IMG/VR virus record: IMGVR_UViG_3300049001_000044
Location: 62,001-126,000 of that record
DNA: 64,000 nt
Strand: one strand, 5' to 3'
Shown here: one piece after another, positions 18,400-27,238 of the stretch
Position numbering within the stretch: position 1 is the first letter of the stretch
Layout: every line of letters starts with the position of its first letter
The notes under the pieces: model-generated
What the model saw: the letters and a program-made list of their open reading frames with translations, nothing else
What the model was told of the DNA's origin: nothing
Database searches by the model: none
Translations under genes and position numbers: made by a program

Positions 18400-18639
18400 T
18401 TACTGGTTCTGGCGGTAGATTGATTCAGGAACAGTGGTGTAGACCCAGCCTGGATCGCCATCCTTATAGCAGCCGAAGTCAGTGACTCTTCCCATTGGGG
18501 CATTAATGCTGTTCAACGTGGTTACCGACATGTCATGCTGTTTGCAGTAGGTTTCTGCTCTCACACGATCTTCAGCAGTTCGTCCAGCGCAGCCCACCAG
18601 GGAGAGGGTAAGCACCATCATCAGAATTTTCTTCATCAT
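18400..18639 (-). CDS. putative lipoprotein
   Basis: Signal peptide with LVGC lipobox. Confidence 0.7.
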   Translation of the reverse strand: MMKKILMMVLTLSLVGCAGRTAEDRVRAETYCKQHDMSVTTLNSINAPMGRVTDFGCYKDGDPGWVYTTVPESIYRQNQ

Positions 18640-18983
18640 CTTTTCAGCTGCATTTTACTGGAGACGCTTGATGTCTTGCTTCAGGTCAGCGATTTTCTTC
18701 ATCGTGCCTGGAACGTCGTAGGCCTTGCCTTGGCGCTTCTTCTGCAGGGCTTCCTGCATTTCAGCCTCGAGCTGGTTAATGCGATCCTGCAGCACCTTGA
18801 TTTTCTTGTCGTTCTTTGCCATTCAGTTCTCCCATGTGATGATTAGTTTTCGACAGCAGCTCCTGCAGTCGTTGACCTTGCTCTTTAACTTTGTCAAGTA
18901 GAGTATTCATAAGAGCATTTTACACGAGAGTACACACAACAAAAACTGCAGTAGGTCCTTAGAGCATAGTCTGGGACCTCTAA

Positions 18984-19057
18984 ATGAGGCCCAGAGATGA
19001 CACAGGGACCTCGATGACAGCTTTATCATCAAAGGTCCCTGAGGTCTCTGAGCACCT
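18984..19057. repeat. dispersed intergenic repeat cassette
   Basis: ATGAGGCCCAGAGATG (18984-18999), hairpin, GAGGTCTCTGAGCACCT (19041-19057). Confidence 0.85.
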
Positions 19058-19368
19058 TACAGAGTTTTCGCGATCTGAATCGAGGAGGTTTGTTGCAGGT
19101 ACTGTTGTTGGACGTTCTCCGCAGGAGTGAACTTCACGAGGACGCTATTTGCGGGAATCTCCAAGGTCTCAATCTCTGGATTCGAGAGAGTCCATGGCAC
19201 GAACGCCAGTCCTAGTTGACCTGGGCGAACTTGCTGGAATTGGAGAATGTGGGGACGACGAACGACGTAGGAGGTTGGCTTGTCGCTGCCCAAGAGAGTG
19301 AGAGTGCTCTTCAGTTCGGTGACGAGCTCTTCACCGGTGATCATTTTCAGGGAAACGATTTCAGACAT
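19057..19368 (-). CDS. Sm/LSm-like fold protein conserved in T4-like phages
   Basis: IVSLKMITGEELV..P..L....GLAFVPW pattern; late promoter upstream. Confidence 0.55.
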   Translation of the reverse strand: MSEIVSLKMITGEELVTELKSTLTLLGSDKPTSYVVRRPHILQFQQVRPGQLGLAFVPWTLSNPEIETLEIPANSVLVKFTPAENVQQQYLQQTSSIQIAKTL

Positions 19369-19380
19369 GTGGGTGATCCT

Positions 19381-19414
19381 AAAAAGAAAATAGTGGAGCT
19401 ATTTAGCTCCACTA
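19381..19414 (-). terminator. terminator hairpin with TAAATA late promoter at its centre
   Basis: TAGTGGAGCTA-AA-TAGCTCCACTA followed by TTTTCTTTTT. Confidence 0.8.
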
Positions 19415-19435
19415 CCGGATCAGATGTCTGGCTTG

Positions 19436-20071
19436 TTAGGCAGCTTGGGGTGTTGCCTTCTCGAGGGTACGGGTGATGCGGCGCTTTACGATGGGTGTGC
19501 GGATTTTGGCCATCTTCTGCTGGTATTCTTTCAGCTTGTCACCCAGGTTTTCCACACCCAGGAACGTGCTGATCCGATCCAGGTCCTTCCACGTGATGCC
19601 CTCGAGGTAGGATTCGGCGCAGATGTGGAAGGTCTCACGCTCCTCATCCGTGATTTCACGGTAGTACTCGGCCTCGTCCTCGATCACGACGAAGTTGTCA
19701 GTGAGGTGTTCCTTGTGCCGTGCCAGCCACTGGCGGATTTCCGTCAATTTGCTGGTACGCTGGGCGTAGCGGGCTTGGCCATGGACAGTGCACCAGTCAT
19801 CGTGGATTTTCAGGAACAGACCGTTCTCGAAAAAGATGCGCTCCCAGCTTTCCTTGCTGTCCGTCGAGGTGCCGTCGAACGGGCTGGTCATGCCCACACG
19901 ATGGGAGCTGATGACGACGCGAAGATTGGGAACAGCCCAGTCCAGGAAGTTCAGCATGCCCACAGCGCAGGGGTCGAACTGCCAGCCATAGCGGGGAACG
20001 ATGTTCTTGGGCATGAAGAGGGCGCGGCCAGGGACCATCGGTCCGTCAACGTCAAAAAACAGAATTGGCAT
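19436..20071 (-). CDS. HAD-family phosphatase (RNA-repair associated type)
   Basis: FFDVDG, VVISS, FVVIEDE. Confidence 0.7.
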   Translation of the reverse strand: MPILFFDVDGPMVPGRALFMPKNIVPRYGWQFDPCAVGMLNFLDWAVPNLRVVISSHRVGMTSPFDGTSTDSKESWERIFFENGLFLKIHDDWCTVHGQARYAQRTSKLTEIRQWLARHKEHLTDNFVVIEDEAEYYREITDEERETFHICAESYLEGITWKDLDRISTFLGVENLGDKLKEYQQKMAKIRTPIVKRRITRTLEKATPQAA

Positions 20072-20403
20072 AAGTCCTCCCTGGGTTAGAACCCGGTATC
20101 GTCTTTGTTGTAGATGAAGGCCGAGATCAGAAACGCGGTCGCCTGCTCGAGAATCTTCCCTTCCAGAGGGATAGCATTCCCAAAGTCGTCCATGATGAAG
20201 GTCCGCAGATCCTCATCCTTGTAGATGGGGCCGTTAGGCCCATGGAGAACCCGCATCATTTGCGCAGTTCCTCAACAATGCGGGTTACCTCATCGAGGTC
20301 GGCTTCTTCCAGTGCCGCGTCGTAAGTGAGCATGTCCACGGCGATCGCGCGAGCATCCATTCCGGTGAAGTCGTAGCCGTTTTCGGCCGCGTTCTTCAGT
20401 GCT

Positions 20404-20685
20404 TCACGTACCAGTTCTTTGAGCTTGTCCATCTCGCCTCCTGCAAATGTTCACTAGTTCCCTCGAAGTAATGCTCGAGGCTCCAAGCTGGAGAGCCAAA
20501 TCTCGCTGCTCCCCGGAGATGTCGTAGTGCGGGTACTTCGTGTTCTTGTGGAAGAAGTGGGGTTTGATTCCCACCTTCTCCGCAAATTCGTGCATCTCTT
20601 CGTATGTGTCGGCCACGAGGTGAGCGTAGGATTTCCTTCCCTTACTCCCCTTTTTCCAAGTGGCCCCATCCACGTACACTCCCAT
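20404..20685 (-). CDS. DUF4031-like protein
   Basis: VYVD..HLVAD..E.H.FA..G..HYD. Confidence 0.75.
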   Translation of the reverse strand: MGVYVDGATWKKGSKGRKSYAHLVADTYEEMHEFAEKVGIKPHFFHKNTKYPHYDISGEQRDLALQLGASSITSRELVNICRRRDGQAQRTGT

Positions 20686-21437
20686 CACTTGCCTTTCGAC
20701 AGGTGCTTGATGACCTCGACTGCGTGTCCGCACGGGGAGAACACGGAGGCAGACCTGATCGTCGGGAACTTCTTGGAGAGCAGCTCACCAAGTTGCCTGA
20801 ACTCCTTCTCCATCATGAGCTGCTCCACGGTCGGTTCCGCTTCCAAGCTGATGTCGAAGCCCAGGCGCTGCTTCAGGGCCTCCATCTCCTCTTCGTTCAG
20901 GGTCCCGATCTTGGCGATAATCTCGCCCACTTTCCTGCCGCCCGGCTTTCGTGGCCCGTGCTTCTTGCGAACCGGGAGTTGGATCGAGGAAGGGTCGTAG
21001 ACGTGCTTGATGACGTCCTTCCAAGTTTGGCCTGGCTTCGGCCCGCGATCCAGGAACTCCATCACGATCCGCCACTCCTGACCATGGGCCATGACCTTCC
21101 CATTTCCAAGAGAGGGGTTCTCCTTGCGGAGGATTGGGGCAACGTGCTTGGTGGCGATGTGGGCTACCTCGTGTGGAATCGTCTCCAAGATGTAGTCGCT
21201 CTCGTTCTCCACCAGGAACACCGGATGGAAACGCAGGACGTTCAACGAGGGCATTGCCATCCCGCAGGTGAGCGTCTTCAAATCGTACCGGATTTCCGGC
21301 ATGCCCAACTTCAATTTCCACTTCTTGTTGCAAGCGTCGAGGGTTTCTTTAACCCTGGCTTCGCACTTGGCCTTGAGTTCGTCCGTGAGCAATACGGCTT
21401 CACGTTCCATGAACTTGATCTGCTTCTTCTTTTTCAC
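20685..21437 (-). CDS. SprT-like metalloprotease
   Basis: TIPHEVAH...HGQEWR. Confidence 0.85.
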   Translation of the reverse strand: MKKKKQIKFMEREAVLLTDELKAKCEARVKETLDACNKKWKLKLGMPEIRYDLKTLTCGMAMPSLNVLRFHPVFLVENESDYILETIPHEVAHIATKHVAPILRKENPSLGNGKVMAHGQEWRIVMEFLDRGPKPGQTWKDVIKHVYDPSSIQLPVRKKHGPRKPGGRKVGEIIAKIGTLNEEEMEALKQRLGFDISLEAEPTVEQLMMEKEFRQLGELLSKKFPTIRSASVFSPCGHAVEVIKHLSKGK

Positions 21438-21469
21438 CTACAACCTCCGTTGCTGCATTCGATAAGGCT

Positions 21470-21498
21470 ATAATATCACAACCTGATAGAAAGTACAC
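21470..21498 (-). promoter_or_regulatory. early-type promoter GTGTAC-N17-TATTAT
   Basis: Same architecture at 41528-41556 and 47297-47326. Confidence 0.7.
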
Positions 21499-21535
21499 AG
21501 GCAAAATTGTAACAAGCCAGACTTCCTGTTACAAG

Positions 21536-22078
21536 TTACTCAAAGGAAACAAGTCCTCCCATACTCGCATTCATTTGCTCTATTAAAGCAACCCGTTCTT
21601 GGCGGAGTTCTTCGAGCTTAGCGGCATTCGCGGTTGGTAGTTTCAACTCCATTTGGAAAAGGGTGCGAAGTTCCATGAGGAGTTGACCCAAGTGATTTAA
21701 GCCGTTGCCACTGCCCACAGGCGAGACACCCCAGAAGCGGTCGCCCCAAGAGTTGCCCTCAATGAGTATGGCATCTTTCGTGTCGATGAGTAGTTGTTTC
21801 AGGTGGGGATTTTGGTCGAACTTGGCGAAGAGGATTTCCGCCATGACCTCAACTTTGATGTCGTCCCAGTCCGGACGAATGAGGATTTGCCTTCCATATC
21901 TCTTAGCTTGGCCTGGAGACAGATGTAGGAATTTACGTCTTACGAGTGGGTGTTCGGATTTTGCAGCTTGGAAGGCAGCTTCACTGTGGGCCCAAGTGAA
22001 TCCATCCCACGTGAAGCTGCAAAGATAAAAGTTCGATAGGAAACGGTAGTCTCCCTGGAACTCAAGTATTTTTGCCAT
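21536..22078 (-). CDS. NADAR (YbiA/RibX-like) family protein
   Basis: FLSNFY, SEAAFQAAK, KFDQN, IEGNSWGDRFWG, GLNHLG. Confidence 0.9.
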   Translation of the reverse strand: MAKILEFQGDYRFLSNFYLCSFTWDGFTWAHSEAAFQAAKSEHPLVRRKFLHLSPGQAKRYGRQILIRPDWDDIKVEVMAEILFAKFDQNPHLKQLLIDTKDAILIEGNSWGDRFWGVSPVGSGNGLNHLGQLLMELRTLFQMELKLPTANAAKLEELRQERVALIEQMNASMGGLVSFE

Positions 22079-22364
22079 CGGTCTTTTTACGACGCTTCTT
22101 CTTAGGAGGCGTCGTCACTATCTTGTTGAACAGTAAACGAGTGTCGTAAATGACGCCTCTATCCATCAGCACGTCCATGTGGCGTTGATCCAACTGGAAG
22201 TGGTTCTGATGCAGAAGAATGCCGTACTTTGACGCGGCAAAGTTGGCTGCCTGAATTGTGTCTACCCTTCCCCATTGATCGGAGAAGTTGTAGTAAAGCA
22301 GAAGCACGTCTATTTCTAGATCTGAGATATTATTATCGAAGGTGTTATTCTTGCTTAGGTCCAC
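22062..22364 (-). CDS. hypothetical protein
   Basis: ORF. Confidence 0.55.
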   Translation of the reverse strand: MDLSKNNTFDNNISDLEIDVLLLYYNFSDQWGRVDTIQAANFAASKYGILLHQNHFQLDQRHMDVLMDRGVIYDTRLLFNKIVTTPPKKKRRKKTDGKNT

Positions 22365-22403
22365 CTTGGGTGCCTCCGTACGGCGTATTGCGACAGCTCT
22401 ATT

Positions 22404-22604
22404 TTACTTCGGCGGGCGAGTAAAAATTACTTCGACCAGAGTCGAAGTGTCCTCACGATAATAAACCGAGAACCCAGCTGCAAGAGCATCGGCCTCGGGC
22501 GTACCAGTCACTGTAGTTGGATCATACGCTACAGTAACGACTACGGCCCCAGCTTCCGCCAGGGCCTGTAGATTCTTTTTCTGCGTTTCGGTAAAGTTAC
22601 GCAT
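22404..22604 (-). CDS. hypothetical protein
   Basis: ORF with RBS. Confidence 0.55.
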   Translation of the reverse strand: MRNFTETQKKNLQALAEAGAVVVTVAYDPTTVTGTPEADALAAGFSVYYREDTSTLVEVIFTRPPK

Positions 22605-22928
22605 TCAATCCTTTTCTCGGGAGACCGCCTCCTCGAAGATATCCCACATGGAGTTCTTCCATCCAGGCAACGTCGTGATATCGGTCCCCTTGTTAATCAT
22701 GCCAATTACAGTGTGTCCTTCGTCCTTCGTGAGGCGGACTTCTCCGACAGTGACTGCGTTAATCAACTCAACTGAATAACCCAGGTCTTCCTCAGCGTAT
22801 CCTTGACCGTATGGATGACGTTCAATACCATGGTGCTCCACCCTGTAGGTGATAAGCACGTCCATCATATCCACGCCTGCATCGCAAAGCAAATCAAAGT
22901 CGCGGTAAACCAAAGTCTTCATCATCAA
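22605..22928 (-). CDS. hypothetical protein
   Basis: ORF. Confidence 0.6.
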   Translation of the reverse strand: MMMKTLVYRDFDLLCDAGVDMMDVLITYRVEHHGIERHPYGQGYAEEDLGYSVELINAVTVGEVRLTKDEGHTVIGMINKGTDITTLPGWKNSMWDIFEEAVSREKD

Positions 22929-22941
22929 TCCCGTTCAGTAT

Positions 22942-23721
22942 TTATTCAATCATCTCAATGGCAAGTCGCTTGCACGAGTTACCGAATTCGCTCGTATCAA
23001 CGATGATCACATCGTACCCTCTGTCCTCCAGGGTCTTCTTCAGCTGAGGCGTGATCTTCGATACGATAATTGTATCATGTATCGAAATCGCGTTACACAC
23101 CATATTCAATGCATCCTCCTCAGTTATCTCGATCATCTTGCCTTCGTACCACATCTCGATGTTCATCTTCGAGTGCGGATGGAAAGCGTTCGGGTACCAA
23201 AGTAGGTCACCAGTATCTAGCGTGTTCATCACCATGCTCAGGTGATAGAAGCGAGGGTCCTTCAACAGGATGGGACGTACGATGATATCCGCTTCATCGA
23301 GCAGGTCGTCAAGGTGGGCTTTGAACTTGTGGGAGCTGCGATGACCGAAGCCAAACCACAGATGCTTGCGATCGTGACTAATGACTACATCACTGCCTTC
23401 GAACGTGTCAGGACGTTCTTCGCCCCCGTACGATGGGTTGTAGAGGATGTCAAAGCGATGTTCTTGGAACCACTCGGCAATGAAGTGCTCATCGACTTGG
23501 CGTCGTGCGTGCTTAAAGCGGCCCACTATGAAGTCGTTTTTGTACACTGTTCCATAGTCGCCGCAATAGACGCTATCTACTCGCTTCGATGGAGTGTCAG
23601 GCATGACGATCACGTCCGCACCGACGTCGAGCAGCATATTGCGCAGATCGCTCCACTGTTGATACTCCTTGAACGTCGTGTCAGGAGCGGATGGGGTTGT
23701 CATGATGAATTGCTTGGTCAT
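22942..23721 (-). CDS. amidinotransferase / dimethylargininase-family protein
   Basis: DSVY..D, FEGSD, PRFYHL, CNA, C-terminal SC motif of pentein fold. Confidence 0.75.
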   Translation of the reverse strand: MTKQFIMTTPSAPDTTFKEYQQWSDLRNMLLDVGADVIVMPDTPSKRVDSVYCGDYGTVYKNDFIVGRFKHARRQVDEHFIAEWFQEHRFDILYNPSYGGEERPDTFEGSDVVISHDRKHLWFGFGHRSSHKFKAHLDDLLDEADIIVRPILLKDPRFYHLSMVMNTLDTGDLLWYPNAFHPHSKMNIEMWYEGKMIEITEEDALNMVCNAISIHDTIIVSKITPQLKKTLEDRGYDVIIVDTSEFGNSCKRLAIEMIE

Positions 23722-23798
23722 AAGAAGTATGGTTAGTTGGCCTACAAGTGTATCTATCCCAAATAAATATCCTGACCCCTAACAACATGGACGATACC

Positions 23799-24347
23799 AT
23801 GAACATCAAATTCAAGAAATACCTAGAGTTCGTTAACCTTGACGACCCTTCTGATGAGCAAATCAACGAACTGTTCGGCATCTTCAAGAACAATCAGAAG
23901 ATCGACAAGGTGAAAGCTGCTCGTGAAAAGCTGAAAGCGGACACTGCAAAGAAGGTGAATGATTGGCGCGCACAGAAAGCTGCCCAACAGCAAGGTGACG
24001 ACGACGAAGATACAGACATCCCGCAAGCGAAGAATGATCAACGTCGTCCTAACATGACTGCTCAAGCAGCACCGAAGGCAGCCGCTGCTGGTCGCGCAGC
24101 AGAAAGAGACTGGGTGAGCAACCTTGCTGAGGAACACCGCATAAAGACGGTCAAGGGCGAAGAAATGATCGCCATGGCAAAAGATAAGTACCCATTTGGG
24201 CCTGGCTTCAGTGATGAAGATCTGAAAGATGCGGTGACCATGGAAATTTGGGGCTCGTCGTTTGATGACCACGGTGAATGGACCGAATTCAAGCTTAAAG
24301 ATGCCAGTGGCAAACTTATCAAGAGAAAGCGCGTTGACGGGTATTAA
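23799..24347 (+). CDS. putative head-packaged protein (MNIKFKKYLE...INE)
   Basis: TAAATA at 23764-23769; Leu/Ile-X-Glu sites. Confidence 0.6.
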   Translation: MNIKFKKYLEFVNLDDPSDEQINELFGIFKNNQKIDKVKAAREKLKADTAKKVNDWRAQKAAQQQGDDDEDTDIPQAKNDQRRPNMTAQAAPKAAAAGRAAERDWVSNLAEEHRIKTVKGEEMIAMAKDKYPFGPGFSDEDLKDAVTMEIWGSSFDDHGEWTEFKLKDASGKLIKRKRVDGY

Positions 24348-24349
24348 GA

Positions 24350-24778
24350 ATGGCCGCTCATCGCACACCACCAAAGCCAGCATGGTACGACAGCGTTCCT
24401 GAAGGGACCTGTCGTTGGTGCAACAAGGAAGTTGGCTTGACTAGGACTGGCCGTCAAAGCAAGTCACGTTGGCACGCGAAATGTTTTGAGGAATATGAGC
24501 TGCTCTTCTTTGCTGGAGAAACGAGGAAGGCAGTTTGGAAGAGAGATTTTGGCAAGTGCGCAGAGTGCGGACATCAATGCGCTAGGAAGGGTGAAGATGT
24601 GTGGCACATGGACCACATCAAGCCGCTCATCGAAGCCAACGGTGATCTGTCTTATTGGCGTCTTCCTAACTTGCAAACTCTCTGTCAAGAGTGCCACATC
24701 AAGAAGACATCGGCTGAAGCAACTGAACGAGCGACTCGTAGGAGGCTCTTGAAGGAGGCAAAAGAAAAGGGAGCTTAA
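24350..24778 (+). CDS. HNH endonuclease
   Basis: CAEC..DHIKPL..NLQTLCQECH. Confidence 0.9.
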   Translation: MAAHRTPPKPAWYDSVPEGTCRWCNKEVGLTRTGRQSKSRWHAKCFEEYELLFFAGETRKAVWKRDFGKCAECGHQCARKGEDVWHMDHIKPLIEANGDLSYWRLPNLQTLCQECHIKKTSAEATERATRRRLLKEAKEKGA

Positions 24779-24788
24779 GCTCCCTTTT
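24766..24788. terminator. bidirectional terminator
   Basis: AAAAGGGAGCTTAAGCTCCCTTTT. Confidence 0.8.
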
Positions 24789-24790
24789 CT

Positions 24791-24907
24791 GATAATGTTG
24801 GTAGGATTCGAACCTACACTTGCAGTCATTTGATGAACAGTTGGGGTGTTTATTCCCTCTCCCAGTCTTAGTGGGACGCCTTGACCAATTTGGCGTTCAA
24901 CATTATC
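24791..24907 (-). ncRNA. tRNA-Leu(AAG)-like RNA with oversized variable region, no CCA
   Basis: 10-bp closing stem GATAATGTTG/CAACATTATC; D arm; TCCCA-CTAAGAC-TGGGA; GTAGG-TTCGAAT-CCTAC. Confidence 0.65.
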
Positions 24908-24941
24908 GCGAGGCTGCTAGTTATGCAGCATCGTTATCGAA

Positions 24942-25496
24942 TTAAGCTGCTTCCAGCTCTGCTTCAACCATCGTTTCGGTACCTTCGACTTGTGCTTCGA
25001 CTGCGATGCCGCTGCCTTCAGCTTCGGCTTCCGGCGCCGGATCTGCGAAGACTGCAGCGACCTTGCGGGTGGTAGTGGAAGCCTTGACGGTGGTCTTGGC
25101 CTCGGTTGCTTCAGCCTTGCGACCGCGAGGCAGCTTGGTCACGACGCCGCCGACTTCCTTGATGCGACCACCCAGGATCTGGTTCAGTTCCAGCAGGTGC
25201 TTTTTCAGCTGCTTGACGGTGATTTCCGGTTCGACGGTCTTCGCCGCTTCCAGCAGACGCTCTTCAGCTTTCGAGAAGAACTCCGGGTTGACGAAGTTGT
25301 AGTTGCGCGGGATTTCGAAACCTTGCGCGCCCAGGGTGGTGCCGACTTCGATTGCTACGCCCTTCCAGCTGTCGGCGTGATCGGCCGGGCGTGCTTCTTT
25401 CCAGAAGCCGGTTGCGATTTCCTGCAGCAGGACTTGTTGCAGAACAGCCTGTTGAGCGGCGGTCGCAACGAACAGAACTTTGGTGGTGGTCGACAT
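24942..25496 (-). CDS. hypothetical protein with Lys/Ala/Thr- and Glu-rich tail
   Basis: AGGAG RBS, promoter 25561-25594. Confidence 0.75.
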   Translation of the reverse strand: MSTTTKVLFVATAAQQAVLQQVLLQEIATGFWKEARPADHADSWKGVAIEVGTTLGAQGFEIPRNYNFVNPEFFSKAEERLLEAAKTVEPEITVKQLKKHLLELNQILGGRIKEVGGVVTKLPRGRKAEATEAKTTVKASTTTRKVAAVFADPAPEAEAEGSGIAVEAQVEGTETMVEAELEAA

Positions 25497-25595
25497 CTTC
25501 AAATCTCCTAAAAGAAAATACATCAAAATTTAATACGATCGTTTGTTTGATCGATGAGTTATTTTACTTTGCAACGTCATCATCAAAAACTGCAT

Positions 25596-25726
25596 TTGCT
25601 ACTAGTTAGGTGACTCTTTTGGTTGGCCTTCCCTCAACAGGCGAGGAGTCGAACCTCGCTATACCGACCTCTCAGCCGTCGCTGTGCCATTCGCGTTCTG
25701 TTTCAGAGTCACCTAACTAGTAGCAA
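25596..25726 (-). ncRNA. tRNA-like domain enclosed in a 22-bp perfect stem
   Basis: IR 25596-25617/25705-25726; T-arm GCGAGG-TTCGACT-CCTCGC; own promoter at 25741-25772. Confidence 0.65.
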
Positions 25727-25807
25727 CTGCTGATAGTGAAATTATAAGCTACTTGACACTGAATAAAAACTGATTATTTCCCCACTGTATCTTTTCGTTC
25801 TCATCAG

Positions 25808-25896
25808 CAGATGAGGCCCAGAGGTGTTGTGCAAAAGTGACAACAGCAAATACAACGAAGGGTCCCTAACACCACTGGGACCCTTCTGACACCTCT
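25808..25896. repeat. dispersed intergenic repeat cassette
   Basis: CAGATGAGGCCCAGAG plus GAAGGGTCCC/GGGACCCTTC hairpin. Confidence 0.75.
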
Positions 25897-25904
25897 AGCG
25901 ATAC

Positions 25905-26114
25905 TTAGAAGTCAACTTGTCTGACTTCCTTTACAGCTGCAGAAAATTCAACCTGCACTAGCATGCCCGCACGCAGATTATGGGTGTTCAAAGTCAGGTA
26001 AGTGTAGCTCATCCCAAACTCGTTCTCCATGTACACCTCATCATACTGGTCTGCCATGTGAGGTGCTGGCCAAGGTCTTACGGACTTGACCGTCATCTTC
26101 ACCCTGAAGCTCAA
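25905..26114 (-). CDS. hypothetical protein
   Basis: ORF coupled to telA. Confidence 0.5.
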   Translation of the reverse strand: MSFRVKMTVKSVRPWPAPHMADQYDEVYMENEFGMSYTYLTLNTHNLRAGMLVQVEFSAAVKEVRQVDF

Positions 26115-27238
26115 TTGGTGCCCCAGTTCTTCATCTCGAGACGGAGCTGCTCGCGGTTTGCAGAGATTTTCTGCGCATCAGCTTGGCGTTGGGCACGGCC
26201 TTGGGCTTCGATCTGCTTGACTTGGCCCAGGCGGTCGATGAGCTTGGCTTGGGTATACTCGAGCGTATCAGTATCTGCGACCGAGGAACGTTGCGCCAGT
26301 TGGGCGGTTTGAATCGAGCTCTCATGCATGAGGTCAGCACGCTTACGCATCAGATCGTTGTTGCGATCGGCGATGGCATTACCCAGCTTCGCACGATTGA
26401 GGTTCCTTGCTGCCTGCAGAGCCATGGTCAGCTGGCGTTTCCACAGAGGGAGGGTCACGTCGATGATGTCATTGAAGGAAGCAGTGGTGTCGAAGTTGTT
26501 CTTCTGCAGCGAGCGAATGTCTGGTGCATCCATCATGCCGATCTGAATCAGGCGCTCGAGGCGGTCGATCTGTCGCTCGATGCGCTCTTGGATGTTGGCC
26601 TCGTCATTGATGAGCTGGGCATGTTGCATTCGCTGCGTGTCGTCCATGTCCGTCTCCGGCACTTGACGGAGAGAGTTCACGTATGCGATTTGTCGCTGCA
26701 GCAGTTCTTGAAGATTCTCCACGTCATCCTTCATCGTGATGATCTCTTTGATGTTCTCCTGGTAGAGTTGCTCCAACCATTTGTTCTCCACCTGCATCTC
26801 GACCAGCTCTTTCTTCAGATCGTTCGCGATGCGTTCGACTTGCTGGTTGACGTCTTCGTACTGAGCGAGGACCTTCACTCGGGTTTGCTTGAAGAGGTTG
26901 GTGATCTTACCCACCAGACCAGGGTCGCCCTCTTCCAGCTTCGACATGTCCACGGTGGCAGTGAGCGAGAGGATGTCAGTGATGCCCTTACCCAAACCGC
27001 CAGTGTCACCCACCTTCACCTTGTTCAGTACTTGCTCGCTGATCTTATTGATCTTGCTCGTGCTGCCGCGGCCGATCTCTTCAATGTTGGCTGGGAGTTG
27101 GGGCTTCTGCACCAGGCCGTACGTGGGCTGAACTACCGGCAGATTCGCGGTAGGCTGGCTAATCGTCGCATTCAAGTTGATGGACGGGGTCTTTGCGATC
27201 GTCGGCTTTGCGCCAAACATTTTGCTGAAGTCGGTCAT
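26111..27238 (-). CDS. TelA/KlaB toxic-anion resistance family protein
   Basis: Coiled-coil protein with AP.IR..Q.NN and TLPLWK motifs. Confidence 0.8.
   Translation of the reverse strand: MTDFSKMFGAKPTIAKTPSINLNATISQPTANLPVVQPTYGLVQKPQLPANIEEIGRGSTSKINKISEQVLNKVKVGDTGGLGKGITDILSLTATVDMSKLEEGDPGLVGKITNLFKQTRVKVLAQYEDVNQQVERIANDLKKELVEMQVENKWLEQLYQENIKEIITMKDDVENLQELLQRQIAYVNSLRQVPETDMDDTQRMQHAQLINDEANIQERIERQIDRLERLIQIGMMDAPDIRSLQKNNFDTTASFNDIIDVTLPLWKRQLTMALQAARNLNRAKLGNAIADRNNDLMRKRADLMHESSIQTAQLAQRSSVADTDTLEYTQAKLIDRLGQVKQIEAQGRAQRQADAQKISANREQLRLEMKNWGTN

Noticed and set aside
25596-25726. YrlA/Y RNA
   Set aside because: Arm order is normal D-anticodon-T, the stem has no bulged Ro-binding motif, and no Ro60 gene is in the window.
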